A stretch of DNA of 64,000 bases from Fimbriimonadales bacterium (GTDB lineage: Bacteria > Armatimonadota > Fimbriimonadia > Fimbriimonadales > JABRVX01). Below the pieces are notes generated by a model. That model saw nothing but the letters and a program-made list of their open reading frames with translations. It did no database searches and was not told where the DNA came from. Of the stretch, positions 19,247 to 28,555 are shown piece by piece. The translations under genes were made by a program, and so were the position numbers. Numbering within the stretch: position 1 is the stretch's first letter; each line of letters opens with the position of its first letter. The stretch spans positions 1-64,000 of the forward strand of contig BTVI01000016.1 of the NCBI GenBank assembly GCA_045862955.1, written 5' to 3'.

Positions 19247-20247
19247 GGGGTTGGCGTCTCCTCGCGTTGGTGGTAGTCACACTCGGCGCGCTCGCAGCGC
19301 TGGTGAGTGTGAGCGGTGTCTCGCCGTGGGACGCACTGGTAGCTGGCGTTCAAGGCGCTTTCGGCGACGCACGCGGGCTCTCGGGCACCTTCACCCGAAT
19401 GACGCCGCTGCTCTTCTCCGGACTGGGAGTCGCCGTTGCCCTAAGAGCAGGCCTCTTCAACATCGGTGTCGAAGGCCAGCTTCTGGTGGGAGCTCTAGCA
19501 GCTGCCGCAACCGGAATCTACCTAACGGGACTGCCAGCGCCTGTCCATGTCACGTTATCGATTCTCGCAGGTGCGATGGCAGGGATGTTGTGGGCTGCAC
19601 CAGCCGGTCTAATCAAAGTGTGGCGAGGCGGGCACGAGGTGATCACCACGATCATGCTCAACTACATCGCCCGAAGCTTCACGAAGTACATGGCGGCCAA
19701 TCCTATGCAGGACCCCTCATCGGATATGGCTACTACAGTATATGTTGCCGATAGCGCGCGCCTGGGTCTCGCAACGGTGTCACCTGCCATCAGTTGGGCC
19801 TTGGTGGTAGGGGTTGGCGTCGCAGTGTTTCTCTTCTGGTGGATGCGTCGGACAGTGGCAGGCTACGAGCTCAATGCCGTGGGTGCCGGTCCGGACGCTG
19901 CCCAGGCTGCAGGGGTCGACATCAAGAAAACTATGATCTGGGCGATGGCAGCTTCCGGCGCGCTGGCAGGAATCGCGGGTGCCATGCAAGTGTGTGCCTA
20001 TGAGTTTCGATTCTATGATGGCATCTCACCGGGCTACGGATTCGATAGCCTCGCAGTGGCACTGATTGCCTTGGCCGACCCTCTTGTCGTGTGTCTCTCG
20101 TCGCTTCTATTCGGCGCGCTTGCGCAAGGCGCCCAGTTCGCACAGATCGCGACGGAAATACCTAAAGAGATTGCCGCCGTGGTGCAAGGCGTTGTTATCT
20201 TGCTCGCTGCAGGCATCGGGTGGCAGCGCTTGCGGAGGACCGACTAA
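19243..20247 (+). CDS. ABC transporter permease (YufP/NupB-like)
   Basis: GLFNIGVEGQ, EVITTIMLNY, GYGFDSLAVAL. Confidence 0.88.
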   Translation: MRGWRLLALVVVTLGALAALVSVSGVSPWDALVAGVQGAFGDARGLSGTFTRMTPLLFSGLGVAVALRAGLFNIGVEGQLLVGALAAAATGIYLTGLPAPVHVTLSILAGAMAGMLWAAPAGLIKVWRGGHEVITTIMLNYIARSFTKYMAANPMQDPSSDMATTVYVADSARLGLATVSPAISWALVVGVGVAVFLFWWMRRTVAGYELNAVGAGPDAAQAAGVDIKKTMIWAMAASGALAGIAGAMQVCAYEFRFYDGISPGYGFDSLAVALIALADPLVVCLSSLLFGALAQGAQFAQIATEIPKEIAAVVQGVVILLAAGIGWQRLRRTD

Positions 20248-21107
20248 TGGAGGCACTGATCCGAGCAGTCGTCGAGGCCACTCTTCGCGGAGCGACGCCG
20301 CTCACCTTCGCCGCAATGGGTGGTCTGGTATGCGAGCGCTCGGGGGTTATCAACATCGGGCTCGAAGGTCTGATGCTCTTCGGCGCGTTCTTCGCAGCAC
20401 TCGGAAGCGACCGGACCGGATCGCCCGTCCTGGGCCTGCTAGTCGGGGTGCTAGCCGCGGTTGCCCTCTCCTCCCTCCACGCGCTGAACACGCAGCGCCT
20501 GCGAATCGACCACGTGGTTAGCGGCGTAGCGGTCAACGCGATTGCATTCGGTGGCACTGCCTTCCTCATCTTGCCGCTTTTCGGACAACGCGGCAGCACT
20601 CCCGAAGTCCCCGCCATTTCTCAGTGGGCGCTGATACCGGTTGCGCTGGCACTGCCCATCCTCGCTTGGCTGTGGCTGTTCCGGACCCGTGGTGGTCTGC
20701 GTGTGCTGGCGGTGGGCAACGATCCCGACAAGGCGGCCGCCATGGGCCTCCACCCGGTCCGCATTCGCACCGCGGCTGTGCTTGCGAGTGGGGCGTTGGC
20801 TGGGCTCGGCGGTGCCTTCCTGTCTCTTGCCTACGTCAACCAGTTCTCGGAGGCGGTGACGGCGGGGCGCGGGTTCATCGCCCTGGCCGCCCTCGTGCTT
20901 GGGCGCTGGCATCCGCTGGGTGCGTTCGCCGCCGCCCTCGGCTTCGGGCTATTCGATGCGCTGCAGATGCGAATGCAGGGCGTCCCCGTCCTCGGGTTGA
21001 CAGCGCCCTCCGAGTTCTGGTCGAGCCTCCCCTACGCCCTCACCATCGTCGCACTGATTGTGCTCGCCAAGCGAGCCCGTCCCCCGGCTGCACTGGGGAA
21101 AACTTAG
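20247..21107 (+). CDS. ABC transporter permease (YufQ/NupC-like)
   Basis: ERSGVINIGLEGLML, AGRGFIALAALVLGRW, LPY, PAALG. Confidence 0.88.
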   Translation: MEALIRAVVEATLRGATPLTFAAMGGLVCERSGVINIGLEGLMLFGAFFAALGSDRTGSPVLGLLVGVLAAVALSSLHALNTQRLRIDHVVSGVAVNAIAFGGTAFLILPLFGQRGSTPEVPAISQWALIPVALALPILAWLWLFRTRGGLRVLAVGNDPDKAAAMGLHPVRIRTAAVLASGALAGLGGAFLSLAYVNQFSEAVTAGRGFIALAALVLGRWHPLGAFAAALGFGLFDALQMRMQGVPVLGLTAPSEFWSSLPYALTIVALIVLAKRARPPAALGKT

Positions 21108-21137
21108 TGGGCCTAAGCAATCCTGTTAGATTGCTTG

Positions 21138-21165
21138 TTGACTCGTGCAGCGTTCCCGGTATAAT
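21138..21165 (+). promoter_or_regulatory. Near-consensus sigma-70 promoter
   Basis: TTGACT-N16-TATAAT. Confidence 0.8.
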
Positions 21166-21171
21166 GTGCAC

Positions 21172-21480
21172 CAGTCTGTTTGCTTTGGGCCCGAGCGGGG
21201 GCCCTTGTTCCGCGCGGCGCCTCGATAGAGCGACGAAGAGGGCGCGTCGAAGCGGGGAGTGCATCGGCAGGAAGCCGAAATACATGATGAGCCCGCAAGG
21301 CGGGTGATCTCGTATCCGTAATCTAGGCTTACGGGGAGACATGGATGCAATCCGCACGACGATGTCCTGTGGCGCAAGGAGAGGCTTTCCTTCTCGCTCT
21401 CGAGAGACCCCTCGCCCCTTCCGTCATCTGGCCCGTGCGACCCCTCTCTCCATCTACGCGAAGAGGGCCAGGCGTTCCAT
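21172..21480 (+). ncRNA. Candidate structured ncRNA or long 5' leader (unassigned)
   Basis: No credible ORF. Nested long-range helices found by eye (21203-21219/21363-21379, GTCG/CGAC, TGCATC/GATGCA, TCTC..TCCGTAA/TTACGGGGAGA) immediately behind a strong promoter. Confidence 0.5.
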
Positions 21481-21520
21481 CTTGCTCCCATAGGATTGCG
21501 CGCGTCGGGGGAGGTAGGAG

Positions 21521-21721
21521 TTGCCGCTCTTAGTGGGTTCTCTTGCCGCTCTGGTCGCGCTCGTTGCTGCGACCCTCGCGCAGGTTCACTGGCAATTCGC
21601 TCTGATGCGCGGAGGGATCGCGTTCGTTGTCGGGTGGTTTCTCGGGGCAATATGGCAGGCGACCTTCGCGCAGATTAAGCCGCTGGAGGAGACTGTCGAG
21701 ACGAAGGGTAAAGACGAATGA
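21521..21721 (+). CDS. Small 2-TM membrane protein
   Basis: GAGGTAGGAG RBS, TTG start, two hydrophobic helices, charged tail. Confidence 0.7.
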   Translation: MPLLVGSLAALVALVAATLAQVHWQFALMRGGIAFVVGWFLGAIWQATFAQIKPLEETVETKGKDE

Positions 21722-21737
21722 GAGGGATGCACTGCTA

Positions 21738-22520
21738 ATGGCGATTCAACCGCAACTGCTTCCGGAGTATTGGAGAAAGTACAAAGCCGAAAACGATCTT
21801 GACGCCCGCCTACAACTCATTGACCATTATAAATACCTCGTAAAAATCACGGCTGGACGCGTCGTAAGCAGCCCACCACCGGGGCTGGACCGAGAAGACC
21901 TGGTCGGCGCCGGCGTGCAAGGGCTCATCAAGGCGATTGATCAGTTCGATCGCAGCCGCGAGGTGAAATTCGAGACCTACGCTATTGCGCTCATCCGCGG
22001 AGCGATCTTGGAGATGCTTAGAGACGAGGACTGGGTTCCTCGCTCCATCCGAGAACGGCTGAAGCTCTTGGAGCGAACCCACATGCAGCTCGAGGCGAAG
22101 CTGGGCCGTCCGCCCCGAGAAGTGGAAGTGGCAGAGGCCATGAACATGACCCTCGAGGACTACCATCAGCTGCTTATCCAACTGGGTCGCACCACCCTCG
22201 CCTCGATTGACGATGTGCTGGCGAGCAACGAGGCAGAAGACCAGCTAAGGGTTTCCGACCTCGTCGAAGACCGGCACAGCAATCCCGAAGGGGAGGTTCA
22301 TGGCAGAGAGGTTCGCCGCCTTCTCACCGAGTGCATCGAGCGACTGCCGGAGAGGGAACACCTCGTGATAACACTGTACTATTACGAGGGTCTGACGTTC
22401 AAGGAGATTGGCAGAGTCCTGGGAGTGTCCGAAAGCCGCGTATACCAGCTCCACACGCAGGCAATGCTGCGCCTGCGCGTCGGCCTGTCCGATAATGTGG
22501 CAATGCTCGCGCATCAGTAA
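21738..22520 (+). CDS. RNA polymerase sigma factor, FliA/WhiG (sigma-28) family
   Basis: KFETYAIALIRGAILEMLRDEDWVPRSIR; LYYYEGLTFKEIGRVLGVSESRVYQLH. Confidence 0.93.
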   Translation: MAIQPQLLPEYWRKYKAENDLDARLQLIDHYKYLVKITAGRVVSSPPPGLDREDLVGAGVQGLIKAIDQFDRSREVKFETYAIALIRGAILEMLRDEDWVPRSIRERLKLLERTHMQLEAKLGRPPREVEVAEAMNMTLEDYHQLLIQLGRTTLASIDDVLASNEAEDQLRVSDLVEDRHSNPEGEVHGREVRRLLTECIERLPEREHLVITLYYYEGLTFKEIGRVLGVSESRVYQLHTQAMLRLRVGLSDNVAMLAHQ

Positions 22521-22553
22521 TGCGTACCGAAGGTCAAAGGGAGGCCGTGACCC

Positions 22554-22796
22554 ATGGCTGTGGATGGCGGCGCCCCGCTCAGCCGGGTAACACCCACATC
22601 GGGCTCCAACGCAGTGCGACCCGCGGATCGCCGGGAAGGTCGGCGCAATCGTTCACATCCCGGAGAGGAAGAACCGCAGGACGTGGTAGAGCTTGCCAAA
22701 GAAGAGGACCAGACGCCTGAGCAGGAAGGCGAGCCCGAGCAGGGACTAGCGGACATGGCGGAAGACACGGAGCCACGACTGGACATCCGAGCGTAA
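22554..22796 (+). CDS. Small acidic, disordered hypothetical protein
   Basis: GGAGG RBS; DVVEL motif and C-terminal LDIRA; tight operon spacing. Confidence 0.65.
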   Translation: MAVDGGAPLSRVTPTSGSNAVRPADRREGRRNRSHPGEEEPQDVVELAKEEDQTPEQEGEPEQGLADMAEDTEPRLDIRA

Positions 22797-22802
22797 GCAG
22801 TC

Positions 22803-23219
22803 ATGGGAGAACTCCTGCTGTTCGCACAACTGCTCCTGCTTCTGGCCGGGTGGTTCTCCTTTCAGCACTGGAGCCGCAAGCTTCAGGAGCAAGCTAGGAG
22901 CGCCTCACTCGCCCCCGAAATCGAGAGGCTGGAGCGCGCCGCCGAACGGGTATTGAGTAAACTGGCCGCCGAGTCCGAGCGGGCAAAACGTGAACTGGAT
23001 GCTCGGCGGACCTCCGCGGGAAACGTGGAATCGCTGCAGGCCGAAGGCCGGTCTTGGCAAGACGCGGCGGTCGCGCTCGTGCAGACGGGACTGAGTCCAA
23101 AGGAGATTGCCGGGCGGACCGGGAGGCCCCTCAGCGAGATCGAGTTGGTCGTGAGTGCTATGCGGAGATCCGCCGACACTCCGCCCACTTACTCGGAGCG
23201 TCAACAGGAGGATACGTGA
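22803..23219 (+). CDS. Membrane-anchored coiled-coil protein with C-terminal HTH-like motif (DUF6115/DUF2802-like)
   Basis: N-terminal TM, coiled coil, GLSPKEIAGRTGRPLSEIELV. Confidence 0.7.
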   Translation: MGELLLFAQLLLLLAGWFSFQHWSRKLQEQARSASLAPEIERLERAAERVLSKLAAESERAKRELDARRTSAGNVESLQAEGRSWQDAAVALVQTGLSPKEIAGRTGRPLSEIELVVSAMRRSADTPPTYSERQQEDT

Positions 23220-24283
23220 ACGGGACTTACCGTGCTCTAGCAGTCTTTGGGTTGGCCGCCTTTGGGGCGCTGGCCTTCGTCGGATGCGAAAAAGAAGATG
23301 TTCTCGCCACTGTCAACGACGATGTCATCACCCGTGCGGAGTGGAGTCGTCGGTGCGAGGTAGCGATGGAGAACTATCTCAACTTCGCCCAACTCCGTCA
23401 GCGCATCGGAAGGCCGATCTTGCCGGTGGGGTACTTCTGCCTCGAGCAGATGATCGGCGAGAAAATCGTGGCTCAGATGGCGAAGAAGGAGGGCGTATCC
23501 GCCACCGACGAGGAGGTCAACGACCTGCTCGAGCGACTGATCCGCCAGCAGCCCCAGTACCTCGACCAGCAGAAAGCCGCGGGTCGAAGCAGAGCAGCCG
23601 TGAAGGAGGCTCTGAAGCACGACATCAACGAGTTCAAGCTACGAACAAAGGGCGTCGAGGTCTCCATGAAGGAGGTAGAAGACTATATCCGACTTCATCC
23701 GGAGGACTTCGAAGAACCCGCTCGGGTGCGCGGCAAGGTGATTGCGGTTTCCACCGAAGCCGCTAAGCAGGCCGTGGACAAAGAGCTTGCCGGCGGCGTC
23801 AACTTCCAGATCGTGGCCACCAACATGTCGGAGGATCCCTCCCGCGAGCGTGGTGGGGCCTTCGGTCCGGTGCCGATACAGAGTCTGTCGGTTGACATTC
23901 AGCCCATCATCGAGCAGACGCGTGTCTTCGGCACCACGCCCTGGATCCGACAGGGTAACGCCTGGCTGAAGTTCTACATAGACGAGAAGACCGAGAAGCG
24001 CTACAAAGCGCCGAACGAGGACGTGAAGTGGGGCCTGCGACGCAGGCTAATGCTAGAGAAGGCCTCGGCGCTCAACGACTACGCGGCAACGCTTACAGAT
24101 GCCGTCAACTCTGCCAAGGTCAAAATCAATGAAAGTTGGCTGGAAGGGCTCTGGAAGAGCGAGAAGACCCAGAGGCTCGAGATGATGAAGCAGCGCGAGA
24201 AGAGGGAGAAGGAAGCCGAGGGGACAGGCACAGGTGCACCCAAGCCCCCTGGCGGCGGCTCGCCACCGCTCGGGGGCCAGTAG
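23216..24283 (+). CDS. PrsA/SurA-like foldase lipoprotein (PpiC domain)
   Basis: Lipobox FVGC, LATVNDDVIT, FQIVATNMSEDPSRERGG; AGGAGG RBS with GTG start. Confidence 0.8.
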   Translation: MNGTYRALAVFGLAAFGALAFVGCEKEDVLATVNDDVITRAEWSRRCEVAMENYLNFAQLRQRIGRPILPVGYFCLEQMIGEKIVAQMAKKEGVSATDEEVNDLLERLIRQQPQYLDQQKAAGRSRAAVKEALKHDINEFKLRTKGVEVSMKEVEDYIRLHPEDFEEPARVRGKVIAVSTEAAKQAVDKELAGGVNFQIVATNMSEDPSRERGGAFGPVPIQSLSVDIQPIIEQTRVFGTTPWIRQGNAWLKFYIDEKTEKRYKAPNEDVKWGLRRRLMLEKASALNDYAATLTDAVNSAKVKINESWLEGLWKSEKTQRLEMMKQREKREKEAEGTGTGAPKPPGGGSPPLGGQ

Positions 24284-24290
24284 CTAGAGG

Positions 24291-25772
24291 GTGGCAGGCG
24301 AGTCCCGCGCGGCAAGCGAGGCCAAGAGCCTACGCCCGATGATCGTCGTGGTAGGCCTCGGTCCCGGTGGGACCGAGGCCATTCCGCCTAGAGCGCTCGA
24401 TGCGATGCGCTCGGCTTCGTCCGTGCTGTTGCGGACCGGCAGGCACCCCGGCGTCGAGGCCCTGTCGTCTCATGGCGTCCGCTTCGAAACAGCCGACTAC
24501 CTGTACGAAGCCGCTGAGGCCTTCGAGGATGTCTACTCCGCCATCGCCTCTCGCGTCGTTCACCTCGCACACGAGACAGGGCATGTCGCATTCGCAGTTC
24601 CGGGTCACCCGCTGTTCGGGGAGCGCAGTGTACGGGAGGTGCTGCACTCGGCACGCGAGCAGATGATACGCGTCGAGATCGTTGGTGCAACCGACTTTCT
24701 CGCTGCCACTCTCGAGGCGCTGCAAGAGCCATTCGACGACCACCTGCAAGTCCTCAACGCCTACGACCCCGAAGGGGTGCGACCCGACCCGCGAGCCCCC
24801 ATTATCGTGTATCAGGTGGACAGCAGGGAGGCGGCATCCTCGGTCAAGCTCGCTCTCATGCAGCACTATCCGGACGAACACGCAGTGCGCATCGTAACAC
24901 ACGGTCATCCGGTGGTGGACGTGCCTCTTTTCGAGCTAGACCATGCAGAGTTCACGCATCTCACGTCGGTGTTCGTCCCGCCACTGGATCTGCCTCGTTC
25001 GCCGGGGTTCTACGGCTTGGTGGAGGTCGTAGCGGCGCTCCGCGGCCCTGGGGGATGCCCGTGGGACCTGAAGCAGACGCACCAAAGCCTGAAGACACAC
25101 CTCGTCGAGGAGACGTACGAGGTGCTGGCAGCCATCGACTCGGGGGACCCCGACAAGCTGTGCGAGGAGCTCGGTGATTTTCTCCTCCAAGCCCTCATGC
25201 ACGCCCAGATAGACAGCGAAGAGGGCCTGTATGATATCGAGGATGTCATACGCAGCCAGACCGAGAAGCTCTTGCGGCGCCACCCGCATGTCTTCGGTGG
25301 ACTCGACGTGGCCGGGGTCGAGGATGTTCTACAAAACTGGGATCGCATCAAGTCCGAGGAGAAGGGCGGGGAAGAGAGATCGGCCTTGGAGGGAGTGCCC
25401 GACGCACTGCCTGCGCTCCTTCGCGCCTACGAGGTATCGAAACGAGCCGCGCGCTTGGGCTTCGACTGGCCCGACCTAACCTCCGTGCTGGACAAGGTCC
25501 AAGAAGAACTGGACGAGCTTCGCCGAGAGGCAGCCACGCCGGATCCCGACCGACTCCTCCACGAGGTCGGTGATCTACTCTTCGCCGCGGCCAACGCAGC
25601 CCGAAAAGCCGGGTTGGAGCCAGAGGATGCCCTGCGTCACATGTTGCGTCGTTTCACCCGACGATTCGGTTGGATGGAGGCCGAGGTGAGGCGGCTTGGC
25701 AGAGACCCTCGCTCCCTGTCCCCCGACGAGTGGGACCAACTATGGTCCCGGGCCAAGGAGTCGAGCGGGTAA
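24291..25772 (+). CDS. mazG: YabN-type tetrapyrrole methylase / MazG nucleotide pyrophosphohydrolase fusion
   Basis: VVGLGPG, AVPGHPLFGE, LRGPGGCPWDLKQTH, EELGD, RRHPHVFG; start could be 24339. Confidence 0.92.
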   Translation: MAGESRAASEAKSLRPMIVVVGLGPGGTEAIPPRALDAMRSASSVLLRTGRHPGVEALSSHGVRFETADYLYEAAEAFEDVYSAIASRVVHLAHETGHVAFAVPGHPLFGERSVREVLHSAREQMIRVEIVGATDFLAATLEALQEPFDDHLQVLNAYDPEGVRPDPRAPIIVYQVDSREAASSVKLALMQHYPDEHAVRIVTHGHPVVDVPLFELDHAEFTHLTSVFVPPLDLPRSPGFYGLVEVVAALRGPGGCPWDLKQTHQSLKTHLVEETYEVLAAIDSGDPDKLCEELGDFLLQALMHAQIDSEEGLYDIEDVIRSQTEKLLRRHPHVFGGLDVAGVEDVLQNWDRIKSEEKGGEERSALEGVPDALPALLRAYEVSKRAARLGFDWPDLTSVLDKVQEELDELRREAATPDPDRLLHEVGDLLFAAANAARKAGLEPEDALRHMLRRFTRRFGWMEAEVRRLGRDPRSLSPDEWDQLWSRAKESSG

Positions 25773-25880
25773 GATCGAGTGACCCTCTGGAGGTCTCCGA
25801 GGGTCCCCTGATGACCCCCCGTCGGACGTCGCGCCTCCCGCAAGCGAGTCCTTCGGACACAATCACTGCAAGGAGTGGGA

Positions 25881-28547
25881 ATGATGAGCACCAAGCGCGT
25901 TTACCTCTTCCGAGAGGGTGATGCATCCATGCGCGACCTCCTGGGAGGGAAAGGCGCAAACCTGGCCGAGATGACCAACATCGGGCTGCCGGTCCCCCCG
26001 GGCTTCACAATCACCACCGAGGCATGCAACGAGACACTCGCGCTCGGGCGGATGCCGGACGGATTGATGGATGAAGTCAGAACGGCGCTCGCCGACGTGG
26101 AGCGGGAGCTGGGGAAGAAGTTCGGGGACCCGACAAACCCGCTGCTACTCTCTGTACGCTCCGGATCCAAGTTCTCGATGCCGGGAATGATGGACACTAT
26201 CCTCAACCTCGGCCTGAACCCCACCGTCATCGAGGGCCTCGCCAAGACCGCCGACGAGCGGTTTCTTTATGACGCCTACCGCCGATTCCTGATGATGTTC
26301 AGCGATGTGGTGCTGGGCATCAAGAAGCATCAGTTCGAGCACAAATTCGATGCGCTCAAGGCCAAGCTCGGTGTGCGCCTGGATACCGAGGTAGGGGCAT
26401 CCGATCTGAGAGCGCTGTGTGAGGACTTCCGCGAGCTGGTCCGCAGCTCCCGTGGCGAGCCGTTCCCAGACGACCCTATGGTTCAGCTCGAGATGGCTAT
26501 CAACGCGGTGTTCAACAGCTGGAACAATGAGCGCGCAATTATCTACCGCAAGAAGGAAGGCATCCCGGACGACCTCGGCACGGCATGCAACATCCAGGCG
26601 ATGGTCTTCGGCAACATGGGGGACGACTGCGGTACCGGCGTCGCCTTCACCCGCGACGTGGCAACGGGCGAGAACGTGCTGTACGGCGAGTTCCTCATCA
26701 ACGCTCAGGGCGAAGACGTCGTCGCGGGGGTTCGCACTCCTCTGAAGATCGCCGAGCTCAAGGAGAAGATGCCCGACATCTACCACGAGTTCGAGGCGAT
26801 GGGCCGCAAGCTGGAGCGCCACTACAAGGACGTGATGGACCTCGAGTTCACTATCGAGAAGGGTCGCCTGTTCATGCTCCAGTGCCGCGTCGGCAAGCGA
26901 ACCGGACCCGCCGCGGTGCGCATCGCCGTCGAGATGGTCGAGGAGGGCCTCATCACCCGCGAGGAAGCCGTCTTGCGAGTCGAGCCGAACCGACTGAACG
27001 AACTCCTCCACCCGCGCATAGACACGGCCAGACTAGGGCCGGCGGACAAGCCCATCGCCACTGGTTTGGGTGCATCTCCTGGAGCCGCGAGCGGGGTGTG
27101 CGTTTTCGAGTCGGGGCGTGCCGAGGAACTAGGCAAGGAGGGCCAGCCGCTGATCCTCGTGCGTGCCGAGACCAACCCCGACGACATCCGAGGCATGCTC
27201 GTCTCGAAGGGCATCCTCACGCAGCGGGGCGGCATGACCAGTCATGCTGCGGTCGTGGCCCGCGGCTTCGGTGTCCCCTGCGTCTCCGGCTGTGAGGCGC
27301 TGGAGATCGACGAGAGCGCTCACACGCTGAAGGTCGGCGACAAGCTGTTCCGCGAGGGAGACTGGATTACGATTGACGGCTCGGCCGGCACCGTGTATGC
27401 CGGACAGGTTCCTACGGTCGCCCCGGAAGTGTCCGGCCACCTGGCTACGCTTCTCGGCTGGGCGGACGAGTTCCGAAGGCTCAAAGTCCGAACCAACGCA
27501 GACAACCCGACGGATGCGGCTCGAGCGGTGTCGTTCGGTGCAGAAGGCATCGGCCTCTGCCGAACCGAGCACATGTTCTTCGAAGACCGCCTGCCCATCG
27601 TTCAGGAGATGATCCTGGCCGAGTCGGAGGAGAAGCGCCGCGCTGCACTCGACCGATTGCTCCCCTTCCAGCGCGGCGACTTCGTGGGAATCTTCAAGGC
27701 GATGGCGGGTAAACCCGTGACCATCCGACTCATCGACCCGCCGCTGCACGAGTTCTTGCCGCAATACGACGACCTGCTGCGAGAGGTGATCGAGCTAGAG
27801 TTTCGCAATCCTGACAGCGCCGAGCTCCAGTCGAAGCAGGCACTGCTCGCCAAAGTCGAAGCGATGCGTGAGGCCAACCCGATGCTCGGCCTGCGCGGCG
27901 TGCGCCTTTCCATCGTCTTTCCCGAGATTGTGGAGATGCAGGTGCGAGCCATCCTAGAAGCGGCCATCGAGGTGCAACGCGAGGGGATCGAGGTGCTGCC
28001 CGAGATCATGATCCCGCTCGTGGGACACGTGAACGAGCTGAAGGTCGTGCGCGACAAGTTGGAGGCTGTGGCGCAGACCGTGCTGGCCCAGCACAACGCA
28101 CACGTGGACTACCTGTTCGGCACCATGATCGAGCTGCCGCGTGCCGCCCTCACGGCCGACGAGATCGCGCAGCATGCCCAGTTCTTCAGCTTCGGCACGA
28201 ACGACCTCACGCAGACTACCTTCGGCTTCAGCCGGGACGATGCGGAAGGCAAGTTCCTGGAGCGGTACGTCGAGACCGGCATCCTGCCCGAAAACCCCTT
28301 CGCCGTGCTGGACGAGAACGGAGTTGGCAAGTTGGTGAAGATGGCCCACGACCTCGGTACCGCTGCTAACCCAGGGATCAAGATGGGCATCTGCGGCGAA
28401 CACGGCGGAGACCCGAAGTCCATTGACTTCTGCCACCGAGTGGGCTTGCAGTACGTCAGCTGCTCCCCCTTCCGCGTGCCTATCGCGAGGCTGGCCGCCG
28501 CGCAAGCCGCGCTGCGGGACCGCGTGAAGGTGGCCGTGGACAAATAG
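25881..28547 (+). CDS. ppdK: Pyruvate, phosphate dikinase
   Basis: LLGGKGANLAEM, GGMTSHAAVVARG, GIGLCRTEHMF, FSFGTNDLTQ, GICGEHGG. Confidence 0.97.
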   Translation: MMSTKRVYLFREGDASMRDLLGGKGANLAEMTNIGLPVPPGFTITTEACNETLALGRMPDGLMDEVRTALADVERELGKKFGDPTNPLLLSVRSGSKFSMPGMMDTILNLGLNPTVIEGLAKTADERFLYDAYRRFLMMFSDVVLGIKKHQFEHKFDALKAKLGVRLDTEVGASDLRALCEDFRELVRSSRGEPFPDDPMVQLEMAINAVFNSWNNERAIIYRKKEGIPDDLGTACNIQAMVFGNMGDDCGTGVAFTRDVATGENVLYGEFLINAQGEDVVAGVRTPLKIAELKEKMPDIYHEFEAMGRKLERHYKDVMDLEFTIEKGRLFMLQCRVGKRTGPAAVRIAVEMVEEGLITREEAVLRVEPNRLNELLHPRIDTARLGPADKPIATGLGASPGAASGVCVFESGRAEELGKEGQPLILVRAETNPDDIRGMLVSKGILTQRGGMTSHAAVVARGFGVPCVSGCEALEIDESAHTLKVGDKLFREGDWITIDGSAGTVYAGQVPTVAPEVSGHLATLLGWADEFRRLKVRTNADNPTDAARAVSFGAEGIGLCRTEHMFFEDRLPIVQEMILAESEEKRRAALDRLLPFQRGDFVGIFKAMAGKPVTIRLIDPPLHEFLPQYDDLLREVIELEFRNPDSAELQSKQALLAKVEAMREANPMLGLRGVRLSIVFPEIVEMQVRAILEAAIEVQREGIEVLPEIMIPLVGHVNELKVVRDKLEAVAQTVLAQHNAHVDYLFGTMIELPRAALTADEIAQHAQFFSFGTNDLTQTTFGFSRDDAEGKFLERYVETGILPENPFAVLDENGVGKLVKMAHDLGTAANPGIKMGICGEHGGDPKSIDFCHRVGLQYVSCSPFRVPIARLAAAQAALRDRVKVAVDK

Positions 28548-28555
28548 GCGGTACG

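Noticed and set aside
21341..21493. 50-aa ORF MDAIRTTMSCG... in the leader
   Set aside because: RBS spacing is poor, composition is Arg/Pro/Ser-rich like a shadow ORF, and it overlaps predicted helices. Not fully excluded.
21172..21500. tmRNA, RNase P, SRP, hammerhead, yybP-ykoY, lysine or c-di-GMP riboswitch
   Set aside because: The diagnostic cores are missing by eye; only short partial resemblances (GGGGAGT, TGATGAG, GAAA) in the wrong order.
22488..22495. Sigma-28 -10 element TCCGATAA at the end of the sigma gene
   Set aside because: There is no TAAA -35 at the expected spacing.
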